Below are positions 12,836 through 26,593 of a stretch of DNA of 64,000 nucleotides, in pieces. The position numbers and the translations under genes are program-made. The stretch covers positions 90,210,001 through 90,274,000 of the forward strand of contig OX597819.1 of assembly GCA_951406725.2 (NCBI GenBank). The letters run 5' to 3'. Within the stretch, counting starts at the first letter, position 1; every line of letters begins with the position of its first letter. This DNA comes from Octopus vulgaris. Lineage: Eukaryota. The notes beneath the pieces are model-generated. The model was not told where the DNA came from. It ran no database searches and saw nothing but the letters and a program-made list of their open reading frames with translations.

Positions 12836-14064
12836 GCATGCGCATGCAAGCTCAGAATCAGAATATTAGACTTTAATGTTGTGCATCTGTGGTGAATTTG
12901 ATAAAATCTCATCCACATTCTGCTTAGATACTTCATACTGGTCATTACATGTTATATCAAGAGATATGACAGAGTAGTTATCCATCTCCAGTGAAAATAT
13001 GTAAAGCAATAAAGCCTCTTTCTTGGGAATAAAAGAATGGTATAGGTATGTCTAAAGATAAATGTAAGGCATGAAAACAGTATGATTGAATAGCATATAC
13101 AAATATGTGTGTGAGTGTGTGTGTATGCATGTGTATATACACACACACAGATAAAAGAACAACAAACCACTCATATATCATTATAAAGACAATATATCCC
13201 ATTCATGTATACTATTGATGTGTCCTGTCTAACAGATAATAATGTCTTGCTAAAAGAAATTGTAAAGGAGATTGAATAAAAAATAAACAGGCAACACTCT
13301 AAAGAACTGGTTGTAGAAATATTGAAGCTATGGTTTATGGACACAGAAACAATCCTCATAACAATGGCAGTATTAGAAGAAGGTAAGCATGATACAAAGC
13401 AGAAAATTGAGGGACTGCCATATAAAGTCCATAAAATAATACTCCTAGGAAGTTTTCATATTCTTTAAAGCAAATCGATAGAGTATAATAAAAAAAAAAA
13501 AGATGAAATGCTTATAACTGGAGATCTGTATCTCAGAGTTAAAGAATGGCTTCAGTAGAGTATATGTACTTTAAAGAGAATGAGGTTGCAGTGGCAGCAG
13601 TGATGGTGGTGGTGGTGGTGGTGGTGGTGGTGGTGGTGATGGTGGCAGTGGTGGTGAATGGAAGGCTTATAAATGTAAAAAATGTGTAACAAAAAAACTC
13701 TTCTCTATCCACAAGGAAGTTATGAAATACAAAACAGAAACAGATTACACTGAAGCAATAGATTTAGATAAAAAAACAGAAATGGTAAAACATATAATAA
13801 ACTACATGAAAACAAATTACAAAGCAAACTCATGAAAAATGGAAAAGAAAACCACTCCATGGTCAATACACTACAAGGGTATTGACCACGGAGAGGTTTT
13901 CCTTTCCATTTATTCTAGAGGAGAACTAAGCCAAAGAGAAAATCAACAACGGCTTAAAAACTCCAATAAGCAGAAACAGATGAGCTGATGTTTGAAAATG
14001 GAATCATGAAAATGAAACACCAAATACAGGATGTGTGACCAGCATGATGAGACAACTGACTACA

Positions 14065-14497
14065 TCTGGCAGCTGACTTGGCAGACACCCATAAAATTAT
14101 TAACCATCATCATACAAACAATAACTCTGAGCACCTTTTCAAACTCCACCCGTCTTACACTTGTGGGCATATTTACAAAGTCAGAAAACAGCACAGCTCC
14201 CATGATTTTAGGAAACATTTTCTCACGCTGAGAGTTGCTGAAGCATGGAACAAACCACCGGCATCAGTTGTTAGTTGTCAGAGCACTGAATCCTTCAAAA
14301 CTTCCATGCTTTCTGAGATTTTCCAACACTACACCTGATTTTCTCCCCTCCATACACACACAAGCATGTATCTGACTCATACATTGTTCGCTTTCCAGGC
14401 ATTTGTACACTACTGCATACACTTTATATGCACTTTCTGACAAGTTGTGGTGCACCTGAGCACTGTATACAATAATTTCATTATTATTATTATTATA
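14065..14497 (+). mobile_element. CR1 LINE 3' end
   Basis: ORF 14078..14338 (RKHFLTLRVAEAWNK) and an (ATT)n tail. Confidence 0.88.
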
Positions 14498-14883
14498 ATC
14501 TCTAATTGTCTTGCCCTTGCTAAATCTGACTATGTACAAAGGCACGATCATGTTGGCAGCTACATTCACTGGATAATATACTAACACCTCAATGTGAAAA
14601 TAAATAAGAAGTGGTTCAAGCGTATACTGAGTACAATACATGGCACTGACCTGGTCACATTAATCTGGGATATGCCCATCCATACTGACAAGGCAAACTG
14701 TCCAAACATTAGACTTCACAATCCCTTCTGATGAAAATATGGCCAGCAATGAAGTGGAGAAGCTATCAAGATACAAGGCCCTTGAAATTGAAATAGTCAC
14801 GATGCAAAGCATTGGGTTGACAACAATACTAGCAGTAATTGGAGCATTAAGCATGATTTAAAAAAATTTGTAAAGAAACATAA

Positions 14884-15125
14884 AGGCAGAGAGCTGGCAG
14901 AAACATTAGCACACCAGGCGAAATTTTTAGTGGTATTTCGTCTGCCGTTACATTCTGAGTTCAAAATTCCGCCAAGGTCGACTTTGCCTTTCATCCTTTC
15001 AAGGTTGGTAAATTAAGTATCAATTGTGCACTGGGGTTGATGTAATCGACTTAATCCATTATTTTGTCCTTGTTTGTCACCTCTGTGTTTAGCCCCTTGT
15101 GGGCAATAAAGAAATAAGAAAAGAA
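14884..15125 (+). mobile_element. SINE family B, full length
   Basis: Collinear with 57909-58145. Confidence 0.88.
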
Positions 15126-15579
15126 ACATAGAGCTCCATACTAGGTCTCACAACACTGCACAGCCCCAAAATTAACTCTGCTTGGAACAGCCCACATTTT
15201 GTGCAAGACTCTACCAATTCAATAAGATAACTCAAATAGAACAGTCTCCTTATGCAACACACACCCTATACAACAAGCATCTAATAATCTCAAACAACAT
15301 ATACTATACAAGATGAAGGCTTAATAAAATGACAGAACTCACATTACACACACCATGCACAACAGGACAGACACTAATATAACAAGAAACTAAAACCCCA
15401 TAACAAAACCAACCAGTGAGGTACTCCATCAGGAGGAGACTACACTCTCCCATTCCTCACAAAAATAAAAACACAGTGCTGCACACACCTCAAGAACATG
15501 GAGTTCACCAGGTGGTGCAACAGAAATGCATGAAAGCACTAAAGAAAATCTTTTCATCATAATAATATTTCTTTCATAT

Positions 15580-15785
15580 TTTGGCACAAGGCCAGCAATT
15601 TTGAGGAGAAGAACAAGTCAATTACATTGACTCCAGTGCTTGGCTAGTATTTTGTTTTATCAACCCCAAAAACATGAAAGGCAAAGATGATCTCAGTGGC
15701 ATTTGAACTCAGCATGTAAAGAACCAGAAGAAATGCTGCTAAGCCTTTTATCCAATGCACTAACACGTCTACCAGCTCACCACCA
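15580..15785 (-). mobile_element. SINE family B (older copy)
   Basis: Reverse-complement homology to family B. Confidence 0.7.
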
Positions 15786-15859
15786 TAATTATATCAGTAC
15801 TAAATAATGATGATGATGATGATGATGCCACAACAGCAGTAAATTAAGGAGAATCCATT

Positions 15860-16600
15860 ATTAATTGTAGAATATTTCAAGGAGACTCGCTATTTCCTTT
15901 GTTATTCTGTTTAGCACTGTTTCTCCTTAGTAAAATCTGGAATGAAACAAATTATGGATACAAGGTGTATGGAAAAATCTATCAATTACCTTCTCTATTA
16001 TGGATGACTTAAAACCGTTTGCAAAACATGGTCAACAACTGCATAAAGAAAGAAAGCAGCTGGGAATTAATACAATCTCAACTCTCATTGAAAATTACTA
16101 TTGTGTAACTTTCTGCCTGTCTGCAACATACAAATGACTGAATGTTAAATCTGGTTCTGAAATAAGAAGAAATTAAAAGTTGCACTCAGTGATGAAAAAC
16201 ACAAAAGTAGAGCTTCAAGAAATGCAACTAGAAGAACCCAAAGAAAATGTGCCCCCAACTAGTATGGAAAAACAAATAAAATATATAGCCAAAGAAACCA
16301 GTCTCCAGTATACTAAAGAGAAATGGGAGCAAAAACCACTACATGGCAAATACCTGAGTAGAGCCAGGGTCCCTGATGTAGATAAAATCCTTATCCATCA
16401 ATAGCTGACATGCTCTTGTCTCAAACAAGGAACTGGGGAATATATCATTGCTGCACAAGATCAATGCCTCACAGCTAGAAACCAGCAAAATATGTAATAA
16501 AGCAGAATACATTAAGTATCTGCAAAATTTGTGGAGGTTGAGAAGAAACACTTAACTACATTGTCTATGGCTACCAAGTATTCACCAAGAAAGAATATAT
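15860..16600 (+). mobile_element. Degraded RLE-type (R4/Dong-like) non-LTR fragment
   Basis: GIFQGDSL and MDDLK RT remnants, KWEQKPLHGKY..VDK, IIAAQDQ and a CKIC zinc-knuckle remnant. Confidence 0.7.
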
Positions 16601-16625
16601 ATTAATATACTAAAGAAAAAACATT

Positions 16626-16910
16626 CGAGCAAAGTTGTTGCCAGTGCCGCTGGACTGGCTCCTGTGCAGGTGGCACATAAAAAGCACCATTTGAGCATGG
16701 CCGTTGCCAGTATCGCCTGACTGGCCCTCATGGTGGTGGCACGTAAAAGCACCCACTACACTCTCAGAGTGGTTGGCGTTAGGAAGGGCATCCAGCTGTA
16801 GAAACTCTGCCAGATCAGAGTGGAGCCTGGTGCAACCATCTGGTTCACCAGACCTCAGTCAAACTGTCCAACCCATGCTAGCATGGAAAGCGGACGTTAA
16901 ACGATGATGA
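16626..16910 (+). mobile_element. RTE LINE 3' end
   Basis: RTE 3' UTR ending ggacgttaaacgatgatga. Confidence 0.85.
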
Positions 16911-17163
16911 GGATAAAGAAAGAATATGTCTTTTATTTAGATTTTTTCTTGATCAAATGTGGTTAGTGAGCTTGGATGAGCAGCTGAGTTTCTTGAGGAT
17001 GATTCATAAAGCCTTATGGTTGACAATTTCAGCTGCTTTCATCCAGTCAACAAATATGAACTGCAGGTCAGTGATGCTTCTCAAGGTATTTCTTGTATAG
17101 TTACCAAAAGTAAAAATCATTCCTCCATTCAGACCTTAAGTCGCATTGCAATTTAAGGAGGTT

Positions 17164-18060
17164 TATGAGAAAGTATCAAAAAGTTTCCAAACTAAATATG
17201 TTTAATAAAAAAAATAACTTATTTACCTAAGTTTTAACATCATCTCCTTTGGAATAGTCACCTCGCACAACAATATACCAGTCCCATTGTTCCAGCCACT
17301 TTTGGAATCCAACCAGAAAGTCATTTTCCGTGAGCAAATTGAGGACCTTTTGCGATTTGCTCTGGATCTTGATAACAGTGTTAAAACAGCACCCTTTGAG
17401 CTGCATTTTCATCTTGAGGAAGAGATAGAAGTATGCAGGTACTAAATCTGGCAAATAGGGCAGGTGCAGAAGCGATACCATGTTGTTTTTGGTGAGAAAC
17501 TCACAAGTGAGGAGGGCTCAGTGACAGAGTGCATTGTCATCATGAAGAATCCAGTTCTTCACATTCTACAGATTCGGTTGCTATCATTGAATGTCCTCCT
17601 TCAAACGCTTCAAAGCATTTCAGCAGAACTCTCAATTGATGGTCTGGCCCTGTGGGATGAATTCTCAATACACAATATGCACTTCATTGAGCTGCATCTC
17701 TGTCATGCCTTTTGAAGTGCCTGTGCCACTCAAAACATTGCATATGACTCATTGCCTCGTCACCGTAAGCTTGCCAAAATATGCTCAATATCTCTGTAGT
17801 AGACTTCCAAAGTTTAATGCAAAATTTCACATTGGCTCTTTGTTCCAACTTCCTATCCATGGCAAAAACCACAGACTATATAGCATACACATGATCACAA
17901 AAGCAGAAATTTCACAACTTGCAAAGTAAAAACAGTGATGTCACTCAGCACACTATCTCATGAAGGTCACTGTTGGCTCTCACTGCACATGCAACCATCT
18001 GCTAGCCATCTGCTAGCATGCTACAGAACTAGTCTGGGAACTTTTTGATACCACCTTGTA
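17164..18060 (-). mobile_element. Mariner-family transposon remnant with TIRs
   Basis: N-terminal EQRANVKFC..AYGDEAMS..FEWHRHFK and C-terminal HLPYLPDLVPAYFYLF (YSPDLAP-like). TIRs ta..gtatcaaaaagtttccaaacta / tagtctgggaactttttgatac..ta. Confidence 0.85.
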
Positions 18061-18438
18061 CTTTGGATACTGTTAAGACAAGCCATTTAGATGTGAAATA
18101 CCAGGGAATTTGACCACAACAGAAAACAAAGAGATACCTTCATAGTTACTACAGCCTATTTGAGAGCCTTTTTTCTCATATGGAGCTGTTTGCGCAACAT
18201 CTCAATGAAATGACTTGAGAAAATAATGTTACTTAAAAAATATCAATGATCTCTAACCTTTAGTTTATATCTAAATTTATTCTACATTTAAAATTGTTCT
18301 TCGTTACTTACAGAACTTCTGTCTTTAACCATTTAGCATTTAAACTAGCTATATCAGGCCAAATATTCTACTTGTTTTATGTTCAAACTGGCCTGATCTG
18401 ACCTTTCACATCTACCTGACAATGTTATTTTAAAAATA

Positions 18439-18803
18439 AACAAAAGCACTCACAGAGTGCAAACCTCCACTAAGGCAACACCAACATCTTCTCAACGATT
18501 TGCCAGAGATGATTTTTAAAATTCGAATATCTGAAATAAACTTGACTGCTCTCACAAATGTGAATACTAAAAATGAACCTGACCACTCTCAAAAATTAAG
18601 TAAAAAAGCCGGAAAAATAATCCAAAATCTTTATCCGGTACTGGATCAATCCCAAAATCTAACCAGTCATGAGGCCAAACATTCTTGAAAGTTTCAGTTG
18701 AATCCATCTGGCAGTTCTTGAGATATCTTGTCCACAGACAAACAAACAAATAAATAAATAAGACTGAAAACAATACCTCCACCTTAGCGAAGGCAGAGGT
18801 AGT
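18439..18803 (+). mobile_element. Helentron/DINE-1-like non-autonomous element (HINE) nested in a TTAA MITE (18325-18913)
   Basis: 5' subterminal acctccactaagg, internal (ACAA)n and 3' hairpin tacctccacctt-agcg-aaggcagaggta. Confidence 0.6.
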
Positions 18804-18949
18804 AATCACATCATCAAGATCTCAAAGCTACAAGATAATGCTTGATTAATTCAAATCAATGTGAATAGATAAGTATTACATTTGACAGGGTAATCTGAAT
18901 GACAAAAGGTTAAATTCCCTCACCCAATACTTAACAGTTGTATGTGATG

Positions 18950-20550
18950 AAGCATCATCTTTGCTTGTTAACTGGAGTTCCTCTAAGATATCTTTTCCTG
19001 TTCTTTTGCTTTAGTACTAAACACCTGATAATAATTTGATATTCTAAAGGTGGAACACTTCTGAAGAATGCAATAGAACAAGCCATTAAATATTTGACTA
19101 TCTATTAAATATATTATATAAATTTGAAGTATAAATTTTTGCTTTTTTAAAAGAGAAGGAATCAGTTGAATGTTCTTAGAAATGATGAGAAGAAAAAGGA
19201 AAGCAAATGAAGTGCAGTGTAATGATAGCTGGTAAAGTAGGGATAGATAAAGGAAAATTTTGGAAAATGGATAAAAAGTTGCTAGGAGAGAGAGTGGGGA
19301 TTTATTGAGCATATCTTTTCATTGTATATTATATGGAAAAATTAAGATAAAAATATGCAAGATTGTAATAATTTGTTCTTGGAGTGATCATAAGATTGAT
19401 TCTCTATTACAAGCATTCATAATTTTAAATAATTCTTGCTTCTTAGGAATAAATGAGAAAAAGAAAGCCATTTTTTAATCCAGTCTTCTAAATGATCAAT
19501 ATTGTCTTTAAACAAAATCATTCAGTACATCACTTTACAATAATTATTCAGGAAGCGATTTGCTGGCGTTTGATGTCCATTCTTGTATAATACGCTAACA
19601 TTTTTCTTCCCAAAAATACCATTCTATATTTTGTTTTATTATTGAAATTTATGTTAAAATTTTGTAATCTCCATACTTCTAGAAAAAATTTTATCTATAA
19701 ATTCTTCCTCATAATAAGAAAAGAAAATAGCCGGAAATTCTTTACAGATTCTTTTACACAAGAAAGATCTTTAATAATCTGTAAAAACTACCCCATTTGC
19801 AATAGGATATCAAAATTTTTTTGTGTGTGTTTTTATTAAATTTATTGTTCTTTCAATATTTATAAAATTTATTCTTGAATCAATTGTTTGTTTGTTTTAT
19901 ATTGGTTGCTTGCCTTTAATATCGATTGCTTGGCTTTAGTATCGATTCTTGCCTTCAATATTGACTGCTTGCCTCTTATATTGATTGCTTGCCTTTTACA
20001 CTGATTACTTGTCTATTTCAGACTTATTACTTAGTTTGTTGGAAACCTTGTTGCTTTTAAGATCTAAGCTTTCCTCTGCATCTTAAATAACATGTGTCTA
20101 TTACATCTCATTGATGGTTGACAGATTTTCTAAGATTTTGTCTTTCTTGAGGTTGATTTTTATAGTTAAATATTTTAAATCTGCTTCTTCCACTTGTCGA
20201 ACATTGAATGCTAATCAAGAACCATAAACCTGTTATCATATGAGAGCTTCATAAATATTGTAATCAGTTGAAAGGCTATCCATAAAATCTTTCCTACAAG
20301 AAAATGATCTTTAATGATTATAGATCCTTAATGAATATTGTACATAAATAACGCTCTCTTCTTTGAGGCATAATTTAGCCATAGTCTTAGATATCATTGA
20401 AAACAATTCTTCTGTTGATCACTATAAATGAAGCTTTTTTATCCAATAGCTGTACCACATTCCAGATTCTAGATGCAATTGATTTCTGGAATGATCATGT
20501 CAAATTCTTGAAGAATATGGTCTTTTATTGTTATGTTAGAAAAATTATAG
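18950..20550 (-). pseudogene. Highly decayed non-LTR (L1/Tx1-like) APE-RT remnant
   Basis: Faint minus-strand remnants: an SRI motif near 20470 and an RPISLLNxxYK-like stretch near 19540. Many stops and indels. Confidence 0.35.
19900..20015. repeat. Tandem repeat of about 20 bp (tattgattgcttgcctttaa), about 5-6 copies
   Basis: Repeated units seen directly. Confidence 0.8.
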
Positions 20551-21143
20551 TTATTTGAACTTAATCATAAAAATATATACACATACATATAAGCTATAAC
20601 ATAATATATTGGGTAAAATACTCCTTAGACAGTAAGTCATGAACAAACTAACAAGAATTGAACCACATGCCCACAAATTACTACTTAGTTGCAGTAGCTA
20701 ATGTTACCGAGGTGTCTGTTGGTTCCTTGAAATATGTGTATGTAAAAGCATAAAATGCTGATATTTTCTGTTTTTCTTACAAACTTACCTATCCACCCAA
20801 CTTTTCTGTTCCTCTATCTCTATTCTCCGCATATTCACCTTGCACCTTAAGGGTACACCTTCGCCATCACTCTCTCTCTCTCTTACTCTAACATATATAT
20901 ATATATATATATATAGGGATGGATGGTTGGTTGGTTGGTTCCTTATTAGCACTTTCATTCATTTAATTGAAGTCTTCAAGATAAAAATTAAAACCAAAAT
21001 AATTTTTGCCTTGAAGACTTTGGTTAAATGAACGAAAGCACTAAGTAAGAATTATCCAAAATTCTGACTGCCTCCTTTTTCTCAATATACAATATCTGTA
21101 CACCACTTCAAATACACTCTCTCTCTTTATCTCTCTCTCTTTA

Positions 21144-21187
<44 letters not shown>

Positions 21188-21584
21188 CACACAGCACACA
21201 CACACACACACAAACACATTGGTCTGCCTGTCTAGCGGCATCATTTAAATGCTACAACAATTGAGGAGGCACATCATGACCAATAGTATATAACAACATT
21301 TGATTGTCTGATCAATACAATGGTACATATAATTTATATGAGGAACATCAATTAGAAACTTCAACTAGTAACCTATACAGACTTAGCTTTGAATAAATGT
21401 TATCCAACTCTACCTAATAGTATTGAGTACTTCTTTGTTTAATTGCAATTAGCACCAGTATGACACCATAATCCTCTTTCTGCCTGTCAATCAGATTATC
21501 TATCTATCTACCTGCCTGCCTACGTACGTACGTACCTACCTACCTACCTACCTATTTATTTATTAAAAAATTTTAAAAAATACC

Positions 21585-21905
21585 TTCCATCATAAATGAC
21601 CATGGGATTGCACCTAGAATGTTTCCCTCCAAGGCACAAGTCGGGACAAGATCGTTTATGGAAGACCAGCAGTTGCCCATGCATACCAGCCTCCCCTCTC
21701 CACACCACTGATGTTATCCAAAGGAAAGGCAAAGGCTGATACAGCTTGGCACAAGTGATATCGCAATTAATTTCTGTAGATGAGTAAACTGGAGCAGCAT
21801 GAGATAAAGTGTCTTGCTCAAGAACACTACACAACCTGGTCTGGGAATTGAACTGACTATCTCATGATTGTGAGCCCACTGCTCTGACAACTGAGCCATG
21901 TGCCT
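21585..21905 (-). mobile_element. tRNA-derived SINE family C
   Basis: Minus strand reads ggcacatggctcagttg (A box), agttcaattccc (B box) and ttgagcaagacact. Its tail is shared with 26905-27093. Confidence 0.8.
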
Positions 21906-21924
21906 TCATCCATCTATCTCTCTC

Positions 21925-21961
<37 letters not shown>

Positions 21962-22010
21962 CTGTCTGTCTGTCAGTCTATCAATGTAGCTATCTACCTC
22001 TCTCTCTCTG

Positions 22011-22045
<35 letters not shown>

Positions 22046-22150
22046 TCCTTCTTTCCTTCCTTTCCTGAGCGTCCAATAGCACTATACTTGTTCCACGTCC
22101 TCGGTCCTCGCGTTGTTGTATTTTCTCTTTGTGTTTTCATGTTTGGATTA

Positions 22151-22187
<37 letters not shown>

Positions 22188-22197
22188 TTATCTTTCT

Positions 22198-22232
<35 letters not shown>

Positions 22233-22606
22233 TAGAGAGACCAGACAGAATGCAACCAGGCTGATATTCCTGTATATTATTTTTGGATGGTTTAATCAAG
22301 AGCAAAGGGATGTATACAAGACTTTCACAGACTGTTGACCTTCTAAGCTTTGCAATAATGATGTTGTCGACATTTAGGTGACACAACCATTAAGTTGATG
22401 ACTGTAGGAAAAAACAAACTTAGAAAGCAGTATTATTCAGCTGAGGAGGTTGGGTATAGTAGTTAATGTAATGGGGGAAGCTAAATAGATTGAGAGGGTA
22501 ATATAAGCTTGTAGAAGAAGTGAGCTGAGCGTGCCCCAGATAAAATTTGGTGGAGGGGATCTTTAACTAGCTTGTCCTTAGGAACAAATGCATTTACACT
22601 TATGGT

Positions 22607-22975
22607 AGGCATGGCTGTGTGATTAAGAAGCTTACATTCTAACTACATGGTTTTGGGTTCAGTCCCACTCTGCAGCATCTTGAACAAGTGTTTTTTATTA
22701 TATCCCAAGACCAACCAATGCCTTCGGAGTAAATTGGATTGAGAGAAAGTATGTGGAAGCCCATCATATGTGTGTGTGTGCCTTTATCTCTGTGTTTGTT
22801 TCCTCCACTGCATGACAACTGGTGTTAGTTTGATTACATCCCAATAACATTAATGATTCAGCAAAAGAGACCAATATAATAAGTACCAAAGATGAAAAAA
22901 TAAGTATGTTCGACTAAACCCTTCAAGGCAGTGTCCCAACATGGTCACAGTCCATTGACAGAGATAAGTTAAAGA
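22607..22975 (+). mobile_element. SINE family A (older copy)
   Basis: Collinear with 63131-63541. Confidence 0.8.
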
Positions 22976-24171
22976 AAAAAGACAAAGAAACAATGAATTT
23001 GTGAAATAGACATTGAAGTGTGTTGGCAAATGATTCCTTTGCGAAATGGCTGGATGACTTTCTTCAGAATATGGTTTAGGATGTTCATATTCAGCAGCAG
23101 CAGCACTACTACCACCACCACCATCCTAGATGTAAAAGCAGTTTTTCATTGTGGATTTCATTTAAGCTTTATAGTCTTGTAACCATTATTCAGTTGATAG
23201 CCATTGGCAGGATTTGAACTCTGCATAAACTGATGTAGCTAAATACTGTGAGGTATCTTGTCTGTTGTTCTGTTGATGCTGTTATTCCACTGTCCCTCTC
23301 AAATGTCAAACTGTTTGACATTATTCATTCTAACTGCCCATCATCTTGTTTGTGTATGTGTCTGCCTGTATTTGTCGGCATTTTTAAATATTTCTATAGA
23401 CATAAAGTTATTGATTTATATGTAGACCTAGTGTTTCTTTCAAAGCTAAAATATAAATAAATATTTAAACATAGAAAAAGAAAAAAAAAATCCTGGAAGT
23501 GTTCATAAACTGAAAGCTGTATAAACCGTGTTGTTGAATTGTATGTATGAATTATGTTTTGTAAATGATTAATTAGTACATTGACGTAAATATAACTAGT
23601 GCCAACTGTCTTTATGATCTCATCAGCAGTAATATTTCTCATAGAACTAGATCTATTTAGGAATTATTTGTTAATTGGGTGGTAGTCCTAACACAGTTTA
23701 ACACCACCACCTGGTCTTTGAGTGCTTTTTACCAGAATCCACTCTGCAGCATGCATTCAGACCAGACCTCTCCTCTACTCCATCTCCTTCCTTGCTTATC
23801 CATATTTTTTTCCTGCAGACATTGACTGGCAAATGTTCAAATTGGGTATAATTGGACACATCGCTCACGCTAGCATGGGAGGACCTGCAAAGATTTTGTG
23901 TATGGCTTCTCCTTCATCAAATAACATAACAAGCAATGCTAAAGGGGGCCTTTCTCATGGCTGCTTGACCTGCAGGAAATAGCAGCCAAATTTCCCTCGT
24001 ATAACACACAACCATACTGTAAACAGAAGTTCACATTAGATAATGTAGGCCTGAATAAAAGACAGCATGTTCATAACTGAAATCCAATTGATCATAGGGC
24101 CACTTGATTCAGCTAATATATGCTAATATATGTGTGCAAATATATATATGACATCTATACCTGTGCCTTTT

Positions 24172-24207
<36 letters not shown>

Positions 24208-24549
24208 CCCATACCACATTGGCATTCTAGTTGTTTATTATATATTGAACATGTGAGTTACCCACATGTGTATATCTTCCAAGCTCCTGTTTATTTCTTA
24301 TCTTTTCCTCTGTTATTTTTCTTTTTTCCCTAGTTTTTTTCTCTGTATATCTGACAAAAGACTATGTCTGAAACATTTACTTTTACTGCATAACTTTCAC
24401 TTTATAACTCTTTTTCCTTCTTTGAACATCAACATAATGATATTAACTGTGAATGTCCCTTGGGCTTAGTTGCTTTTTGTATTTGACTTTATCTGTTGTT
24501 ATTGATTTACTATATATACATAAATATGTGTGTGTGTATTTATATTAAT

Positions 24550-24760
24550 TTCAAATTTTGGCACAAGATTAACGATTTAGGGGGAGGTTATAAGTCGATT
24601 ACATTAACCCCAGTGCTCAACTGGTACTTATTTTATTGACCCAGAAAGGATGAAAGGCAAAGTTGACCTCATTAGAAATTGAACTTAGAATATAAAGACA
24701 TATGAAATACTGTTAAGCATTTTGCCCAGCATGCTAAAGATTCTGCCTGCTCACTGCCAT
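24550..24760 (-). mobile_element. SINE family B
   Basis: Reverse-complement homology to family B. Confidence 0.75.
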
Positions 24761-24809
24761 AGATGTGTGTGTGTGTGTGTGTGTATTAGCATGTGTGTAC
24801 TTGTACTTG

Positions 24810-25172
24810 TGGCAACATTCACCCTGGGTGGGTTGAGTCGGCTTCTTCTACCATGGAAAAAGTTTCGTGGGAATATGTGGATTTCACAAGCGGTCCCCAA
24901 CAATCCTGCATGTAGAGACATCCTGTTTGCCGCAGATTGTCCGCAGACACAGGGACAGAATGTCCGAGGAGCTGCCGGTTACCAAAACAGACACTCCAAG
25001 GATTTTCACCAGAACCCTGTCTGCTGGGTTGTAGCCTTAATACCACTCGGTGTCAGACCAATCTGCCTTGGGTGGCCCTACCAGGAACCGAAGTTCCCGA
25101 CGGCATAGCTCTGACACTACCCGTTGCCAGCGTCCCCACCATGGTGAGGAGGGGATGGACTTTATGGACGCA
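24810..25172 (-). mobile_element. GC-rich isolated LINE-like 5' leader with extensive RNA structure (HDV-like ribozyme candidate at 25015-25172)
   Basis: Nested helices GCTGG/CCAGC, GTAG/CTAC, GTGTCAGA/TCTGACAC, TGCC/GGCA and GGGAAC-TTCG-GTTCCT. From memory, it resembles RTE-clade 5' UTRs. Confidence 0.5.
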
Positions 25173-26593
25173 ATAAAAACCAGCTTAGCAACCTGTGTAT
25201 CATCATCGTCATTACTTTTACATCTGTTTTTTTTTTATCATACTGGCATGAGTTGAATGAAAGTTATTAAGGCAGTATTCCATGGCCAGATGTCCTTTCT
25301 ATCTCAAATGTTTACTTGTGTTTCAAGATAGTATGACCAAGTCTTAGAAATCTGAGCAAACTCAGCCAGTTGATGAATTGTCTGTATCTATAACCACTTT
25401 CAATTCATCTATCATTATAGAGCTTTGCTTCTATTTTCAATTCCCACAATCTAGTTATTTCTGTTTACAGATCTTTACATTCGGATAATTTCTCAATTTC
25501 TCAAAGAGATATGTCATCTGTTAGAATTGCTTCATTACTCATTATCATCTGTTCATTGGTTGTTATCATTATTAAATGCTCTTATACAGTGTACAGTTTT
25601 TAATGCCTTTGTCTACAATACACTTATTATTTTACACTACTTACTTCTATATATGAATAATAAATTGAACTTCCAAAAGTTTGAAGAAAATTAAAGTGTA
25701 GCTATTTCACAATTGCTTTCTTCTATAGAATTGGCATATTTCTTAAATCATTGACATAATTTCTTTATTTACTCTTCTTTGAAACTATTAGAAAATCCAT
25801 AAAGCTATTAAAATAATATGTGAACCAGCAGGTGTTCTACATTGCCAATATTTCTATTTTTTTCACTGTTTCTTGCATTTTTCTCTTCCTGTCTTGCTAT
25901 CTTTACTCTTACTAATGGTTCTGTATGTAGATATTAACCATTGTCGACATTAAAAATGTGTTTCAGTGTCTGACAACACATTGATATGTATGTGTGTGTG
26001 TGTGTGTGTGTGTATGCTTTATTTTTTTCTCCTATAAAATTGTAATGTCTTTCTATACATATATGCATATACTTAAATATGATTTTCTTTACTTATATGG
26101 TACATTTTCACTTTAAGTATAACAAATATTTATTTTTTTTACTGAACTACTGAAGTGCATATTAAATTTTAACCAATACAGTGTATTCAATTAATGGTAA
26201 TTAGCCAGAACATTAAAGTACTAGAGCTATTGATCACAGTTTAATCAGCTAGAACTTAGCTGCAACTATTTTATTTTGCCCCTTAGGCAAGGCATATTTC
26301 TCTTATTGCTACAATATAGCCTACTTACAAAAATTGCAACCAGTTCTACTTCATGAACAATGGCAAGTAGAGAATCCAACAATATAATACTTCTTACTCC
26401 AAACATTCAGATTCTAAGATCAATTTAGATGTAAATATCAACATCTTCACCTTTACAAGTGAGAGGAAAAGATAGGTTACCCCTATGCAGTCATTCAAAC
26501 TTCTAGAAATATCAACTGAATCTTCCACATATTCTGCATAGTCTGATTTTGTCTGAAGAAGCCATTGCACACCATGGAAAATTCAACATGACA

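Larger units (their letters stand above)
13700..15225 (+). mobile_element. Degraded RLE-type non-LTR retrotransposon (R4/Dong-like) 3' region, interrupted by CR1 and a SINE
   Basis: KWKRKPLHGQY motif and C-x2-C-like remnants, then decayed restriction-like endonuclease sequence (..IPSDEN..EVEKLSRYKALEIEI). Nested CR1 at 14065-14497 and SINE B at 14884-15125. Confidence 0.65.
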
